This document shows positions 39,965 to 49,972 of a DNA stretch of 64,000 nucleotides, piece by piece. Numbering within the stretch: the first letter of the stretch is position 1; every line of letters starts with the position of its first letter. This DNA is from an uncultured Trueperaceae bacterium (GTDB lineage Bacteria; Deinococcota; Deinococci; Deinococcales; Trueperaceae): positions 64,001 through 128,000 of the forward strand of contig CAWCXJ010000012.1 in assembly GCA_963799485.1 (NCBI GenBank), in the 5' to 3' direction. The notes under the pieces were generated by a model, which searched no databases, had not been told where the DNA came from, and was given only the letters and a program-made list of their open reading frames with translations. The position numbers were made by a program, and so were the translations under genes.

Positions 39965-40897
39965 CTAACCGAAAAGTCCGCGCACGACGAAGAACAAGTT
40001 GGCGGGTCGCTCGGCTAAGCGGCGGCTGAAGTAGCCGTACCAGTCGTGACCGTAGGGGATATAAATCCTGACCTTGTGGCCTCTAGCAACCAGGCGGCGC
40101 TGCAAAGCGGGTTTGACGCCATACAAAAACTGAAACTCGTAACGCTCCGGCCCGAGTCCGGCCCCGCGTACAAACGCCAGGGCTTCGCGGAGGATGCTCT
40201 CGTCGTGGGTGGCGACGCCGATAGTCGCCCCGGCCTCGAGCCCCCGGTAGACCAAATCGCGGTAATTCTGGTCGACTTTGGCCTTGTCTTGAAACGCGAC
40301 CGCTTCGCTTTCGCGGTACGCACCCTTGACAATTCGCAGCGTGGGGTTCGGGGTGCGTTCCAAGAGCCCGTTCAGGTCGTCCATCGTCCGGTACAAGTAG
40401 CTCTGCAACACGGTACCGACGTGCGTGTGACCGGCGTCTTGGAGCGCGCTGAAAAGTTCGAGCGTCCCGTTAACGTGCGGCACGTTTTCCATGTCCAAAC
40501 AGAGCTGCGCGTTTACGTCACGAGCTTTTTCGGCGATTTTCAGGGCGTTTTGCAGAGCCAGGTCGAAACTTACGCCGAGCCCCAGCTGCGTCGGCTTGAC
40601 ACTCATGTATCCTTCGCCGGGTACGTCTTTAAGCGCCTCTAGCGTCATCAAAATCTCGCTTGTCATCGCCGCCGCGCCCGCCTCGGTATCGATGAACTCA
40701 CCCAACAGGTCGAGGATGCTCTCGAGCCCGTCCTGACGCAGTGCCCGCACCGCTTCTAAAACCTCGGGCAGCTGTTCACCGGCAACAAACCTCGAGACGC
40801 CCAGATTAAACCCCCGCTGTTTGATAAACGTCGTTATCGGCGGCGCGTCGGCAACAGAAAGCACCGTGCGGCGGTAGAGATTATCGATAGCTTGCAC
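39965..40897 (-). CDS. Monofunctional proline dehydrogenase
   Basis: RFVAGE, SVKPTQLG, LDME, RIVKGAY, ATHD, YFSRRLAERP. Confidence 0.94.
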   Translation of the reverse strand: MQAIDNLYRRTVLSVADAPPITTFIKQRGFNLGVSRFVAGEQLPEVLEAVRALRQDGLESILDLLGEFIDTEAGAAAMTSEILMTLEALKDVPGEGYMSVKPTQLGLGVSFDLALQNALKIAEKARDVNAQLCLDMENVPHVNGTLELFSALQDAGHTHVGTVLQSYLYRTMDDLNGLLERTPNPTLRIVKGAYRESEAVAFQDKAKVDQNYRDLVYRGLEAGATIGVATHDESILREALAFVRGAGLGPERYEFQFLYGVKPALQRRLVARGHKVRIYIPYGHDWYGYFSRRLAERPANLFFVVRGLFG

Positions 40898-41284
40898 GCT
40901 TTATACTACAAGATACCCGGAAGCAGATACCTAAAAGGCTTGACGTACCGCGCGCCGACTAGCAGGTAGCCGTCTTACCTGCGGCCCGAAAGTTAAGCAT
41001 CGCATACTCAACCTCTGACGTACTCTGCTAGGCTACGGATGTCCGTTGCCTGAGCCCTATTTTGTCAGGCTGCACCACTCATCTTGACGACTGCGAAGGG
41101 GAGACGCCGGGGCCTCTCGAGACGCAATGCACACTTTCATGTACGCGCTACCTAACACTCCAGCTCAGCACACTTTAGCCTGTTGTAACTACCGCCGTAA
41201 AAGCACTTGTGCTACCCTGAACCATGTCGGCGTCGCCTGCCATCAGTTCTGCCGAGGTACTTGCCAAAGGCGTGTGAGCTGCGT

Positions 41285-41971
41285 ATGAAGCTCTTTTTTA
41301 TCCGCCACGGTGAGACCGACTGGGGGGCCTTAGAGTCGCGCGGGGTACGCGGCTGGGCCCGCTCGTTTGCGCCACTTACGCCCAAAGGCCGTGTCCAGAT
41401 CGATGTGATTGCCAACGATTACCGCCTCGAGGCGGCCCAGGGCATTCTCAGCTCGTCGTATGCGCGGGCTTTAGAGTCGGCGGCGCGCCTGTCACGGGCA
41501 CTCGACAAACCCTTGCACGTCGAATACGATCTGCACGAATGGCTGCCGCAAAAAGACTCGCTCGGCGCGATGGACGACGCCATCATCCGCGACGCCAATC
41601 AGCAGCTCTCATACTACACGGGGTTTATTCCCTTCGCCGAGCGGCGTGTGCGGGCCGCTTCAGATTCGGCAACGCAAAAACCTGAGGTCGACCGGCGCGT
41701 TCCGGTGTCCGAGCGGCAGCCGCCGCCGCCCGAAGCGCGGAGTTGGGAGAGTGTCGAAGAGGTGCGTGCGCGCGTCGTGAATGTACTGCGGCGCTACGAA
41801 CACCTCGACAGCCTGATCGTCGTGTCGCACGCGGTGGTGATCAGCAGTATGCTCGGGGTGCAGCGCGCTATCGATTACGCCGAAATCGTCCCGCTCGAGC
41901 TCGACCTCTCGGCGCAGCCTTTAGCGTCTCCTCAAGCGACGCTCCCCGACGTGGATTTGCAGGTTGGTTGA
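41285..41971 (+). CDS. Histidine phosphatase family protein
   Basis: FIRHGET, SSSYARALES, VVSH. Confidence 0.85.
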   Translation: MKLFFIRHGETDWGALESRGVRGWARSFAPLTPKGRVQIDVIANDYRLEAAQGILSSSYARALESAARLSRALDKPLHVEYDLHEWLPQKDSLGAMDDAIIRDANQQLSYYTGFIPFAERRVRAASDSATQKPEVDRRVPVSERQPPPPEARSWESVEEVRARVVNVLRRYEHLDSLIVVSHAVVISSMLGVQRAIDYAEIVPLELDLSAQPLASPQATLPDVDLQVG

Positions 41972-42575
41972 GGCCGGCTTGCAGATTCAGCATCCGCTCG
42001 TCTTAACGGGCCACTTGGTGACGCTCGAGCCGCTTACCGAGCAGCATACGGGGCCGCTCCTGGAGATTGCCCGGAGGTCGCCGGAGCACTACCGCTACAC
42101 CTCGACCCCGACGACGCCCGCCGAAGCCGCAGCGTACTTCAGCCGCGCCTTTCGGGAACGAGACGAGGGCGCGGCCTATCCGTTTGCACTGCTTGTAGGC
42201 GGCAACGTCGTCGGGACGAGCCGTTACTCGCGCCTCGATTACAGTAGCCGCAACTGCGAGTTGGGATTTACCTGGCTCGAGCCGTCGGTGCAGGGAACCG
42301 GCGTCAACCGCGAGAGCAAATATCTGCTGCTTACCCACGCCTTTGAAGCTCTGAACTTCTTGCGCGTTTACTTCTACACCGACGCCCGCAACGTCCGCTC
42401 GGAAAAAGCGATTCGCAAACTAGGCGCAGTTTACGAAGGGACGCTGCGCGCCGAGCGCGTGTTAAAAGATGGTCACATCAGAGATTCGCTGCTCTTCTCA
42501 ATTATCTATACCGACTGGCCCGAGGTGAAGCGGGGGCTCGAGGCGCGTCTTGGCTCGGTGCCCGCGCAACCCTGA
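41964..42575 (+). CDS. GNAT (RimJ/RimL-like) acetyltransferase
   Basis: ELGFTWL..QGTGVN.ESKYLLL.HAFE, NVRSEKAIRKLGA.YEGTLR. Confidence 0.88.
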   Translation: MVEAGLQIQHPLVLTGHLVTLEPLTEQHTGPLLEIARRSPEHYRYTSTPTTPAEAAAYFSRAFRERDEGAAYPFALLVGGNVVGTSRYSRLDYSSRNCELGFTWLEPSVQGTGVNRESKYLLLTHAFEALNFLRVYFYTDARNVRSEKAIRKLGAVYEGTLRAERVLKDGHIRDSLLFSIIYTDWPEVKRGLEARLGSVPAQP

Positions 42576-43827
42576 CCGGCAGACCGCCGCGCGGGTGCAG
42601 CGTGTTGCCCGCCTCTGCGACCGGTTCGGCCCACAGCGGCGTCAGCGTGTAATCCCGTAAAAGATGTTTAAGCCCCAAAGTCAACACCCGCGTTGCCAGT
42701 CCTGAGCCGATACAGTAACGCGCGCCGCTGCCGAAGGGTAGATAGCTGTAGGGCGGCGGCGTAAACGTCTCCCAGCGTTTCGGGTCGAACCGTAAAGGCT
42801 CGGGGTAGCTAGCGGCTGAGCGGTGCGCCGCGTAGATTGAAAACGCCGCCGGGTGCCCTGCCGGGATGTGGTAGCCGCCGAAGGTAAGGTCGCGTGACGC
42901 CCGCCGCAAGCCTGCCGGGGCGGGTGGGTAAAGGCGCAAGGTCTCTTTGATGACCTGGGCGAGCAGGGGCGGTTCATCCGAGGTCGAAAGCTCGGCGCGC
43001 AGCTCGGCGAGCAGCTCGGGTTGCCGGTGCAGCTCCAAAACCGCCCACGTCAACGCCGCGCTCGTCGTGTCGAAGCCTGCCGACACCAGGCTGATGGCCT
43101 GGTCGCGCATCTCGAGTTCGTTCAGACCCTGCCCGTCCTCGTCTTTCGTCTCTAAAAGAAGTCCGAGTACATCGTCGCCGAAGTCGCCGGTCTCTCGCCG
43201 CCGCCGGATTTCACGGTAAAGCGCAGCGTCGGCCCGCTCCCGCGCCGCCAAAAACCGCGCCCACGGGCTACCGGGAACGCGCAGCTTGACGAGTTGATAC
43301 TGAAAGGGCAGGTTGGCAAACCGCATCATCCGATTGATGTCGGCGGTGAGCGGGGTCGTAAGCGCCGCCCGGCCTAAAAGCACCTCACAGATAACCTCGA
43401 GCACACGCCCCTGCACCTCTTTGTAAAGGTCTACGGTGCGCCCGACCCAACTTCCGAACAGCTCCGTCAGGCGCGTCTCTAAAAGGGTCTCGAGCGACGC
43501 CAGCCGTGAACGGTGAAACGCCGGCTGCACGAGCCGCCGCCGCCGTAAATGCTCGGGTTCGTCGGAGGTGATAAGCGCAGCGCTGCCGCCGATGGTACGC
43601 AAAAAGCCGTAGGCGGGGCCGAGCTGAAAGTGCGTGGCAGCGTCCTCCAGCACGAACTTGTTCGCCTCCGGCCCGACAAACCAGATAAAACGCACCGGCC
43701 CGACACCGAACGCGAACACCGGGCCGTAAACCCCGTAAAGCGCCGTAACCGCCCGGTTGATGTCGCGGCCTGCGAGCCGCATCGCAGCGAGGTGCTCCTG
43801 ACCTTTTGGGGATGGAACAGCTTTCAT
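42502..43827 (-). CDS. Cytochrome P450
   Basis: AGFDTT I-helix, KETLRLYPP, FGSGARYCIG heme motif. Confidence 0.95.
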   Translation of the reverse strand: MKAVPSPKGQEHLAAMRLAGRDINRAVTALYGVYGPVFAFGVGPVRFIWFVGPEANKFVLEDAATHFQLGPAYGFLRTIGGSAALITSDEPEHLRRRRLVQPAFHRSRLASLETLLETRLTELFGSWVGRTVDLYKEVQGRVLEVICEVLLGRAALTTPLTADINRMMRFANLPFQYQLVKLRVPGSPWARFLAARERADAALYREIRRRRETGDFGDDVLGLLLETKDEDGQGLNELEMRDQAISLVSAGFDTTSAALTWAVLELHRQPELLAELRAELSTSDEPPLLAQVIKETLRLYPPAPAGLRRASRDLTFGGYHIPAGHPAAFSIYAAHRSAASYPEPLRFDPKRWETFTPPPYSYLPFGSGARYCIGSGLATRVLTLGLKHLLRDYTLTPLWAEPVAEAGNTLHPRGGLPVRVARAPSQDAPRAPASPRASRYR

Positions 43828-43843
43828 AGCTGAGGTTGCCTGG

Positions 43844-44536
43844 TCAGCGAATGCCGTGCAAAATCTCCTCTAAACCCTCGGGGTCTTGAATCAAGACCTC
43901 TTTGGGACGGGTGCTGATGACGCGCTCTTCCTCCAGCGCCTTGAGCGCCCGCGTGACCGTCTCGCGGCTCGTCCCGGCGAGGCTCGCCAGCTCTTGGTGC
44001 GTAAGCCGTAAAAGCGCCTTACCCTCGTCGTTAAAGTCAATCAGGCCGCCCCAGTAGAGCCGCAAAATCACATAGGCGACGCGGCCCTGTGCGTCTTTGT
44101 AAGAGAGCACCTGCGCCTCGTCGTTGGCGCCGTAAAGCCGCTGTGAGAGCGTGTTGGCGACGTTTAGGCTGATGCTCGGATAATCTTTTAAGAGCCTCTG
44201 AAAGTCGTCCTTGAAGAGCAGGTAGACGAGCGTTTCGCGGATAGAAAGCGCCGTCGCACTCCGGCCCTGCTCGCCTAAAAGCGCCATCTCACCGAAAAAT
44301 TCGGGCGGTTTAAGAATAGCGAGCGTTTTTTCGTGACCCTCCAAATCGATTTTGAAGAGCTTGACGATGCCTTTGTTGAGAATATACAAAACTTCGCCCT
44401 TGTCACCTTCTTGAAAAAGCACGGTGTCGGGGGCGAAAGTGCGGGGTTGCAGGGCTTGCGCGGCAATCTCGAGGGCGCGCTCCGGCGCACCCTTAAAGAG
44501 CGGGACTTGCGCGAGGAACGGCTCGAGTTCAGCCAT
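43844..44536 (-). CDS. Crp/Fnr family transcriptional regulator
   Basis: FFGEMALL..RSATA cNMP domain and THQELASLAGTSRETVTR HTH. Confidence 0.94.
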   Translation of the reverse strand: MAELEPFLAQVPLFKGAPERALEIAAQALQPRTFAPDTVLFQEGDKGEVLYILNKGIVKLFKIDLEGHEKTLAILKPPEFFGEMALLGEQGRSATALSIRETLVYLLFKDDFQRLLKDYPSISLNVANTLSQRLYGANDEAQVLSYKDAQGRVAYVILRLYWGGLIDFNDEGKALLRLTHQELASLAGTSRETVTRALKALEEERVISTRPKEVLIQDPEGLEEILHGIR

Positions 44537-44826
44537 GAGCGGTTCCAGAAGAGGCGGTTCCGGGGCAGAGGTGAACAGAGAGCTTCATTAGAAAAAGCCT
44601 ACCACAGAGCGTGAGAAATTTTGCAGCCATGATAGATGCTTTGGCAGGAGGCTCGAGCACAACGCGCGTAGTTCAACTTCAGCGTTCTGCGGAGCCAAAA
44701 AGGGGTGCCCCACACCGTTCATCGCCAGAGTCACGGTGCGGGGCGTAAAGCGCATGGTCCGGATGCGCTTTATGAACACAGGATAAAACTCGGACTCTTA
44801 CAAGATTCTTACTCGAGGATGGGCAC

Positions 44827-44851
44827 AAAAAAGAGCTGCCCGAAGGCAGCA
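44827..44851 (-). terminator. Intrinsic terminator
   Basis: GCTGCC-TTCG-GGCAGC followed by TCTTTTTT on the minus strand. Confidence 0.8.
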
Positions 44852-44896
44852 AGAAAGTAGACTGCATTTCTTTCGGTCTGCTGCAGTGCTATGGAA

Positions 44897-44941
44897 TTAA
44901 GCGTTGACTCTGACGCCTTCGCAAACGATTTTCCGGACCAT
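44897..44941 (-). CDS. Candidate 14-aa peptide MVRKIVCEGVRVNA
   Basis: SD-like AAGGGGTGA just before ATG 44941. Lies between a near-consensus promoter and a terminator. Confidence 0.4.
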   Translation of the reverse strand: MVRKIVCEGVRVNA

Positions 44942-45025
44942 TTTTCACCCCTTTTAACTATCGATGAAACGCTAAAAGTAACGCTCTTCGAATGAAGACG
45001 CTCTGGCGTTCGCCTCCTAATAACA

Positions 45026-45054
45026 ATCTTATATTGATGCGAAGTGAGCGTCAA
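45026..45054 (-). promoter_or_regulatory. Sigma70-type promoter
   Basis: TTGACG-17 nt-TAAGAT on the minus strand. Confidence 0.7.
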
Positions 45055-45155
45055 CATTAGAAAGATTAAAGTGGTTTATTTCACAGCGCCCGACTACTTT
45101 TTCATAACCAACCTCTTTAGGTAAAATAGCGTTGATGGAAACAGAACGTCTATTT

Positions 45156-46100
45156 TTACTTTAATTTTCCTGCCTTTAGTGCCGTGCAAAAAGCCTTGAC
45201 AACTTCCTTCGGGTAGTGAATACCGGCATATTTACGAAGTTCGGCGAGTGCTTCGGCTTGGGATGACGCTTTGCGGTATGGGCGGTCTGTCGTCATGGCA
45301 TCAAAAGTGTCTGCTACGGCGACAATAGAAGATTCAATCAGTATCTCATCGCCAGACAACCCGTAAGGATAGCCGCTGCCATCAGAACGTTCGTGGTGTT
45401 GCTCGACAATTACCCCTGCTTCTTTCATAAACGTTTGGTCTAAGAGTTCACGACCATGAGTTGGGTGTTTTTTGATAACTTCCCACTCTTCAGGAGTCAA
45501 CTTGGCAGGTTTGTTCAAAATAGCAAGAGGTACACGTATCTTGCCTACATCGTGAAGATAGGCTCCATAATCTAGAAGATGTAATCTTCCAGCCTTCAAG
45601 CCAAGCTCTTGACCGATGAAATAAGACAGGGTTTGTAAACGCAAACAATGGTCTGCTGTGTAGCCATCTTTAAGCTCTATTTCGACAGCCAGTTTTCTAA
45701 GCTCATTCAGGTCTTCACTAATTGTATGGAACTGCGCTTGTTCTGTGACATAAAGTAAACTCGTCCTATTTAAGGCAGTGAGAATCGCAGGTTCTATGAG
45801 TGATTTCGTGACTACATAGTCACCTTTTGAAAGAACTTGCTGACCTTTGCCCAAATCGCAGACAAGCTTTCCAGAAAGGACAAAAAATGTTTCAGTGATC
45901 GAGCCAGCAGGAGTTAGCGTCAGACGAGCGTCCGGCTTAAGGTCTATCTGAGTTATCTCAAAATTTGCATGGTTGTTTAGAAGCTTGAAGTCCCCGAGTT
46001 TTGAACTCACCGTCTCCAAAGACTCACCCTGACGCCGGATAATCAAACCCTCAGGTGTCTGAACGTTCTCTTTGCCAGTTTTACTCATGACCCCGTTCAC
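45156..46100 (-). CDS. Cupin + HD-GYP domain protein (putative c-di-GMP phosphodiesterase), AT-rich
   Basis: N-terminal ETFFVLSGKL..LSKGD cupin-like region; KDGYTADH, LHDVGK, HHERSDGSGYP, ADTFDAMTTDRPYR. GGAGG RBS. Confidence 0.9.
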   Translation of the reverse strand: MNGVMSKTGKENVQTPEGLIIRRQGESLETVSSKLGDFKLLNNHANFEITQIDLKPDARLTLTPAGSITETFFVLSGKLVCDLGKGQQVLSKGDYVVTKSLIEPAILTALNRTSLLYVTEQAQFHTISEDLNELRKLAVEIELKDGYTADHCLRLQTLSYFIGQELGLKAGRLHLLDYGAYLHDVGKIRVPLAILNKPAKLTPEEWEVIKKHPTHGRELLDQTFMKEAGVIVEQHHERSDGSGYPYGLSGDEILIESSIVAVADTFDAMTTDRPYRKASSQAEALAELRKYAGIHYPKEVVKAFCTALKAGKLK

Positions 46101-46320
46101 AAGAGACCTCCTGGTAGCTCATGACCACTATGACGCCTCCTCTCTGACAAAAGTCTTACAACCGTCTTACAAGCTGCAAGCGGCGGTCTTACCAAGGGCT
46201 TTACAGTAGACGTTCGGGCGCGCGTCGCAGGTGACTTTTTCGACGTTTGCCCGACTGACTACGCGTTGCTGCCGCCGGACTCGGTACGAAAAGTCGGGGG
46301 TCAGCGGTTATAGTAGCGGC

Positions 46321-47031
46321 GTGACCCGCTCCGAAGCTGCTAAAGCGTCACCCTCGCCGTCTCTTGGGGTGGCGCTCTCTTGTACCGGGCTGACCCGCAC
46401 TTTTGCGACGCCGGGGGGGAGCTTGGAGATTCTTAAGGGGCTCGAGCTGAAGGTCTACCCCGCGCAAATCATCGCTATTCTAGGGCCTTCGGGGTCGGGC
46501 AAGAGTACGCTTTTACACCTCTTGGGCGGGCTCGACCGACCTACTTCGGGTGAAATCTATTGGGGCGAGCGGCGTATTGACGCTTTGCCGCAGCGGGTAT
46601 TGGCGGCGCTGCGGGCAGAGCGTTTGGGTCTGGTGTTTCAGCAGCATTATCTGCTCGAGGATTTAACCGTACTGGAAAACGTGACCCTGCCGGGGCGTAT
46701 CGGGGGCCGTCCGGACGCGGCGCGCGGGGCCGAACTGCTCGCACGCGTGGGGCTGTCAAAGCGGGCGACGTTTTTGCCGAAGCGCCTGTCGGGGGGCGAG
46801 CGGCAGCGCGTCGCGGTAGCGCGCTCCTTGTACAGCCGTCCGCAGGTGATTTTGGCGGACGAACCGACCGGGAGTCTAGACCGCGCCTCGGCTGCCGCTG
46901 TTTACGCGTTGTTGGCGCAGCTTGCCCGCGAGGAGGGGAGCGCGGTGGTCATGGTCACGCATGATGAAGGACTGGTGCGGGGCGTAGACGCACGCTTCCA
47001 CCTTGAAGGGGGCGTTTTGGTTCCTGTCTGA
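46321..47031 (+). CDS. ABC transporter ATP-binding protein (LolD-like)
   Basis: GPSGSGKSTLLHLLGGLD, LSGGERQRVAVAR, ADEPTG, VTHD. Confidence 0.9.
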   Translation: MTRSEAAKASPSPSLGVALSCTGLTRTFATPGGSLEILKGLELKVYPAQIIAILGPSGSGKSTLLHLLGGLDRPTSGEIYWGERRIDALPQRVLAALRAERLGLVFQQHYLLEDLTVLENVTLPGRIGGRPDAARGAELLARVGLSKRATFLPKRLSGGERQRVAVARSLYSRPQVILADEPTGSLDRASAAAVYALLAQLAREEGSAVVMVTHDEGLVRGVDARFHLEGGVLVPV

Positions 47032-47270
47032 AGCAGTCTGAGGCACCGCAGCAACGCTTTATGCAGCTTTCGTGCCAAGTTTTCAAGCTTGTGTTTTGTA
47101 TTCCGTTTTTGTCCAGTGCAAAGCTCTACAGAAAGCACAAGCCCTCGAGAGTCTTCCTCACGAGCTTGCCGCAGCCTTGTGTTAAGCTTTGATGAGCATT
47201 GCGCGGTGTTTGGCTGGAGTTGGGTTCTTAAAAGACCGGACGCCGCCCCGATGTACTTTCTGGAGGTGAC

Positions 47271-48839
47271 ATGAAAAAACTGCTTATCGTAACAGCGCTG
47301 CTTTTAACGCTGGGTCTGGGGAGCGCGCAGACGCTCGTGTTCGGCGGCAGCGGCTTGCCGGTCAGTCTCAACGACGCGACCGACGGCAACTCGCTGACGG
47401 TCGCCTATCAGATTCTGGAAAACCTCGTTTTTGTCGAACCCGGCGGCACCGAACTGCAACCCGGTTTAGCGACCGAGTGGTCTTCGAACGACGACGGCAC
47501 CGTCTGGACGTTTACGCTCCGCGAAGGGGTGACGTTTCAAGACGGCACGCCCTTTAACGCCGAAGCCGTCAAGTTCAACATCGACCGCTGGAACGACCCC
47601 AACTTCGAGTACGGCTTCCGCGACCAGGGCCCGACCTACGAAGCCTGGGGTTATGTGTTCGGCGGCTTTTTGGGCGATGAGTCGGCGATTTTGAGTGAAG
47701 CTACGGTTATTGACGAGTACACCCTCGAGCTCACCCTGAACAACCCGATGGGCTTTTTGCCTGCCGCGCTCTCATCGTCGTACTTCGGGATTCACAGCCC
47801 CACCGCCGTTCGTGAAGCGGGCGCAGACTACGGCACGCCGTCGGTCGGCGCAGTCGGTACCGGCCCTTTTCAGTTCGTCGAGTGGGTGGACGGGTCGCAG
47901 GTCGTTTTGGAGCGCTACGAAAACTACTGGGGTGAACCCGCCGCAGTCGAGCGGCTCGTCTTTCGCGGTATCGAAGACCCGACCGCGCGCCTCGCCGAAC
48001 TCCAAGCAGGTAGCATCGACATCGCCGTAAGCCTTTCGCCCGACGATGTTCAGACCATCGAGAACGACCCGAACCTCGAGGTCGTCACCGCAGATTCAAA
48101 CCTGAATATCGGCTACATCGGCTTTCACCAGTCGAACGCGCCGCTTGAAAACCTCAAAGTTCGGCAGGCCATCGCCCACGCCGTCGACTGGAACGAGGTC
48201 GTCACCGCCTTTTTCGGTGAAGGCGCGCAGGTCGCCTCGCAGTTCATCCCGCCCGGTCTGATCGGCTACAGCGAAGACCTGGAGCCCTACAGCTACGACC
48301 CCGAGATGGCGCGGCAACTCCTCAGCGAAGCGGGCGTAGAGGGTGGCTTCTCGACCGAGTTCTGGTATATGCCCGTCTCACGCCCCTACTTCCCCTCACC
48401 CGAGCCGGTCGCGTCCGCCGTGGCGTCGTACCTGGCCGACATCGGGATTCAGGCCGAGCTTCAAACCGAAGACTGGGGCACGTACCTGGACGACAACAAC
48501 ACCGGCAAGTTCCCCATCTATATGCTCGGCTGGAGCGCCGACTACGCCGACCCGGACAACTTCGTCTACACCTTTTTCGGGGCTCAAGAGGGGATTCGCA
48601 ACTTCGGTTGGGACAACGCCGAGGTGCGTAACCTGCTCGACCAGGCCCGTCAGGAACCCGACGAAGCGACCCGCGCCGAGCTCTATCAGCAGGTCAACCA
48701 GATCATCTACGACGAGGTTCCCGCTATTCCGGTCGACCACAATCCCGTTTTGAACGCGGTGCGCGTCGGTATCGAAGGTTTTACGCCGAGCCCGCTCGGC
48801 AGTACCGTACCCTTCAGCACGATTAGCAAAGCCGAGTAA
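47271..48839 (+). CDS. Peptide ABC transporter substrate-binding protein (DppA-like)
   Basis: Signal peptide, LREGVTFQDGTPFNAEAVKF, GTGPF, RPYFP, GWSADYADPDNF. Confidence 0.92.
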   Translation: MKKLLIVTALLLTLGLGSAQTLVFGGSGLPVSLNDATDGNSLTVAYQILENLVFVEPGGTELQPGLATEWSSNDDGTVWTFTLREGVTFQDGTPFNAEAVKFNIDRWNDPNFEYGFRDQGPTYEAWGYVFGGFLGDESAILSEATVIDEYTLELTLNNPMGFLPAALSSSYFGIHSPTAVREAGADYGTPSVGAVGTGPFQFVEWVDGSQVVLERYENYWGEPAAVERLVFRGIEDPTARLAELQAGSIDIAVSLSPDDVQTIENDPNLEVVTADSNLNIGYIGFHQSNAPLENLKVRQAIAHAVDWNEVVTAFFGEGAQVASQFIPPGLIGYSEDLEPYSYDPEMARQLLSEAGVEGGFSTEFWYMPVSRPYFPSPEPVASAVASYLADIGIQAELQTEDWGTYLDDNNTGKFPIYMLGWSADYADPDNFVYTFFGAQEGIRNFGWDNAEVRNLLDQARQEPDEATRAELYQQVNQIIYDEVPAIPVDHNPVLNAVRVGIEGFTPSPLGSTVPFSTISKAE

Positions 48840-48845
48840 ACCCGT

Positions 48846-48877
48846 AGGGGCCGGGTTTAGTCCGGCCCCGTATTTTT
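48846..48877 (+). terminator. Hairpin/terminator after the binding-protein gene
   Basis: GGGGCCGG-loop-CCGGCCCC then GTATTTTT. Confidence 0.65.
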
Positions 48878-48909
48878 AGCCCTATCAGTTCTATTACAGG
48901 AGCGCACCT

Positions 48910-49965
48910 TTGACCCAGTATATCTTCAGGCGCATTTTGGGTCTTATCCCGGTTCTGATCGGTATCAGCTTGATGGTTTTCACCCTGACGCGAATTATTC
49001 CCGCCGACCCGGCGCTCCTCATCTTGGGCGAACGTGCAACTCCCGAAGCGCAGGCGCGGCTCCGCGAACAGCTTGGGCTCAACGAACCGCTCTTTTTCAA
49101 TACGGCGGCGGTTGCCGAAACCGGTAGCCCGCTCGCGCTCTTCGACGCTCAATATTTCAATTTTGTCGGCGGCGCGCTGACCGGCGACCTGGGGCGCTCG
49201 TATTTTACCCGTATCGATGTTCGCGACGGCCTCATCCAGCGTTTTCCGGCGACCTTCGAGCTGGCTGTCACCGCGATGATTTTTGCGCTCGTGATCGGTA
49301 TTCCTGCCGGGGTGTTTGCGTCGCTCTACCGCGGCACGGCGATAGACACCGTGCTGATGATCGGCGCACTTTCCGGCGTGTCGTTCCCGGTATTTTGGCT
49401 GGCGATTATCCTGATCTATATCTTTTCGATCAATCTGGGCTGGTTGCCCCCGTCGCAGCGCTTAGACGTGTCGCTGAGTTTGCAGCCTGTCACCGGGCTT
49501 TACGTCCTCGACGGACTTTTACGCGGGAACCTCGAGGTCTCGTGGAATGCGCTTAAGCACCTGATTTTGCCGGGGATCGCGCTCGGAACGATTCCGCTGG
49601 CAATCGTCGTGCGGATGACCCGGAGCTCGATGCTGGAGGTTTTGGGTCAGGATTATGTCCGCACCGCCAAAGCCAAAGGGCTCGCGCGAAGTCTGGTCGT
49701 GAATAAACACGCGCTTAGAAACGCGCTCTTGCCGGTCGTGACAGTCGTCGGGTTGTCGTTCGGGTCGCTGCTTTCAGGCGCGATTTTGACCGAAACGGTC
49801 TTTTCCTGGCCGGGTATCGGCAAATGGGTTTACGACGCGATTTCGTCTCGAGACTACCCCATCATCCAGGGCGGCGTTGTCTTCGTCGCGTTCGTCTTCG
49901 TCGTCGTCAATCTGCTCGTCGACCTTTCCTACGCGGTGATCGACCCAAGGATTCAGTACACATGA
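48910..49965 (+). CDS. Peptide ABC transporter permease (DppB-like)
   Basis: DYVRTAKAKGL, HALRNALLP, ETVFSWPGIG, IDPRI. Confidence 0.93.
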   Translation: MTQYIFRRILGLIPVLIGISLMVFTLTRIIPADPALLILGERATPEAQARLREQLGLNEPLFFNTAAVAETGSPLALFDAQYFNFVGGALTGDLGRSYFTRIDVRDGLIQRFPATFELAVTAMIFALVIGIPAGVFASLYRGTAIDTVLMIGALSGVSFPVFWLAIILIYIFSINLGWLPPSQRLDVSLSLQPVTGLYVLDGLLRGNLEVSWNALKHLILPGIALGTIPLAIVVRMTRSSMLEVLGQDYVRTAKAKGLARSLVVNKHALRNALLPVVTVVGLSFGSLLSGAILTETVFSWPGIGKWVYDAISSRDYPIIQGGVVFVAFVFVVVNLLVDLSYAVIDPRIQYT

Positions 49966-49972
49966 GGCCAAT

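Noticed and set aside
40900..41280. Riboswitch or small ORF between proline dehydrogenase and the phosphatase
   Set aside because: No aptamer consensus and no ORF with convincing initiation signals.
44705..44745. Hairpin GCCCCACACCG..CGGTGCGGGGC upstream of crp as an ncRNA
   Set aside because: A single hairpin followed by CCCCTTTTT on the minus strand. A terminator-like element explains it.
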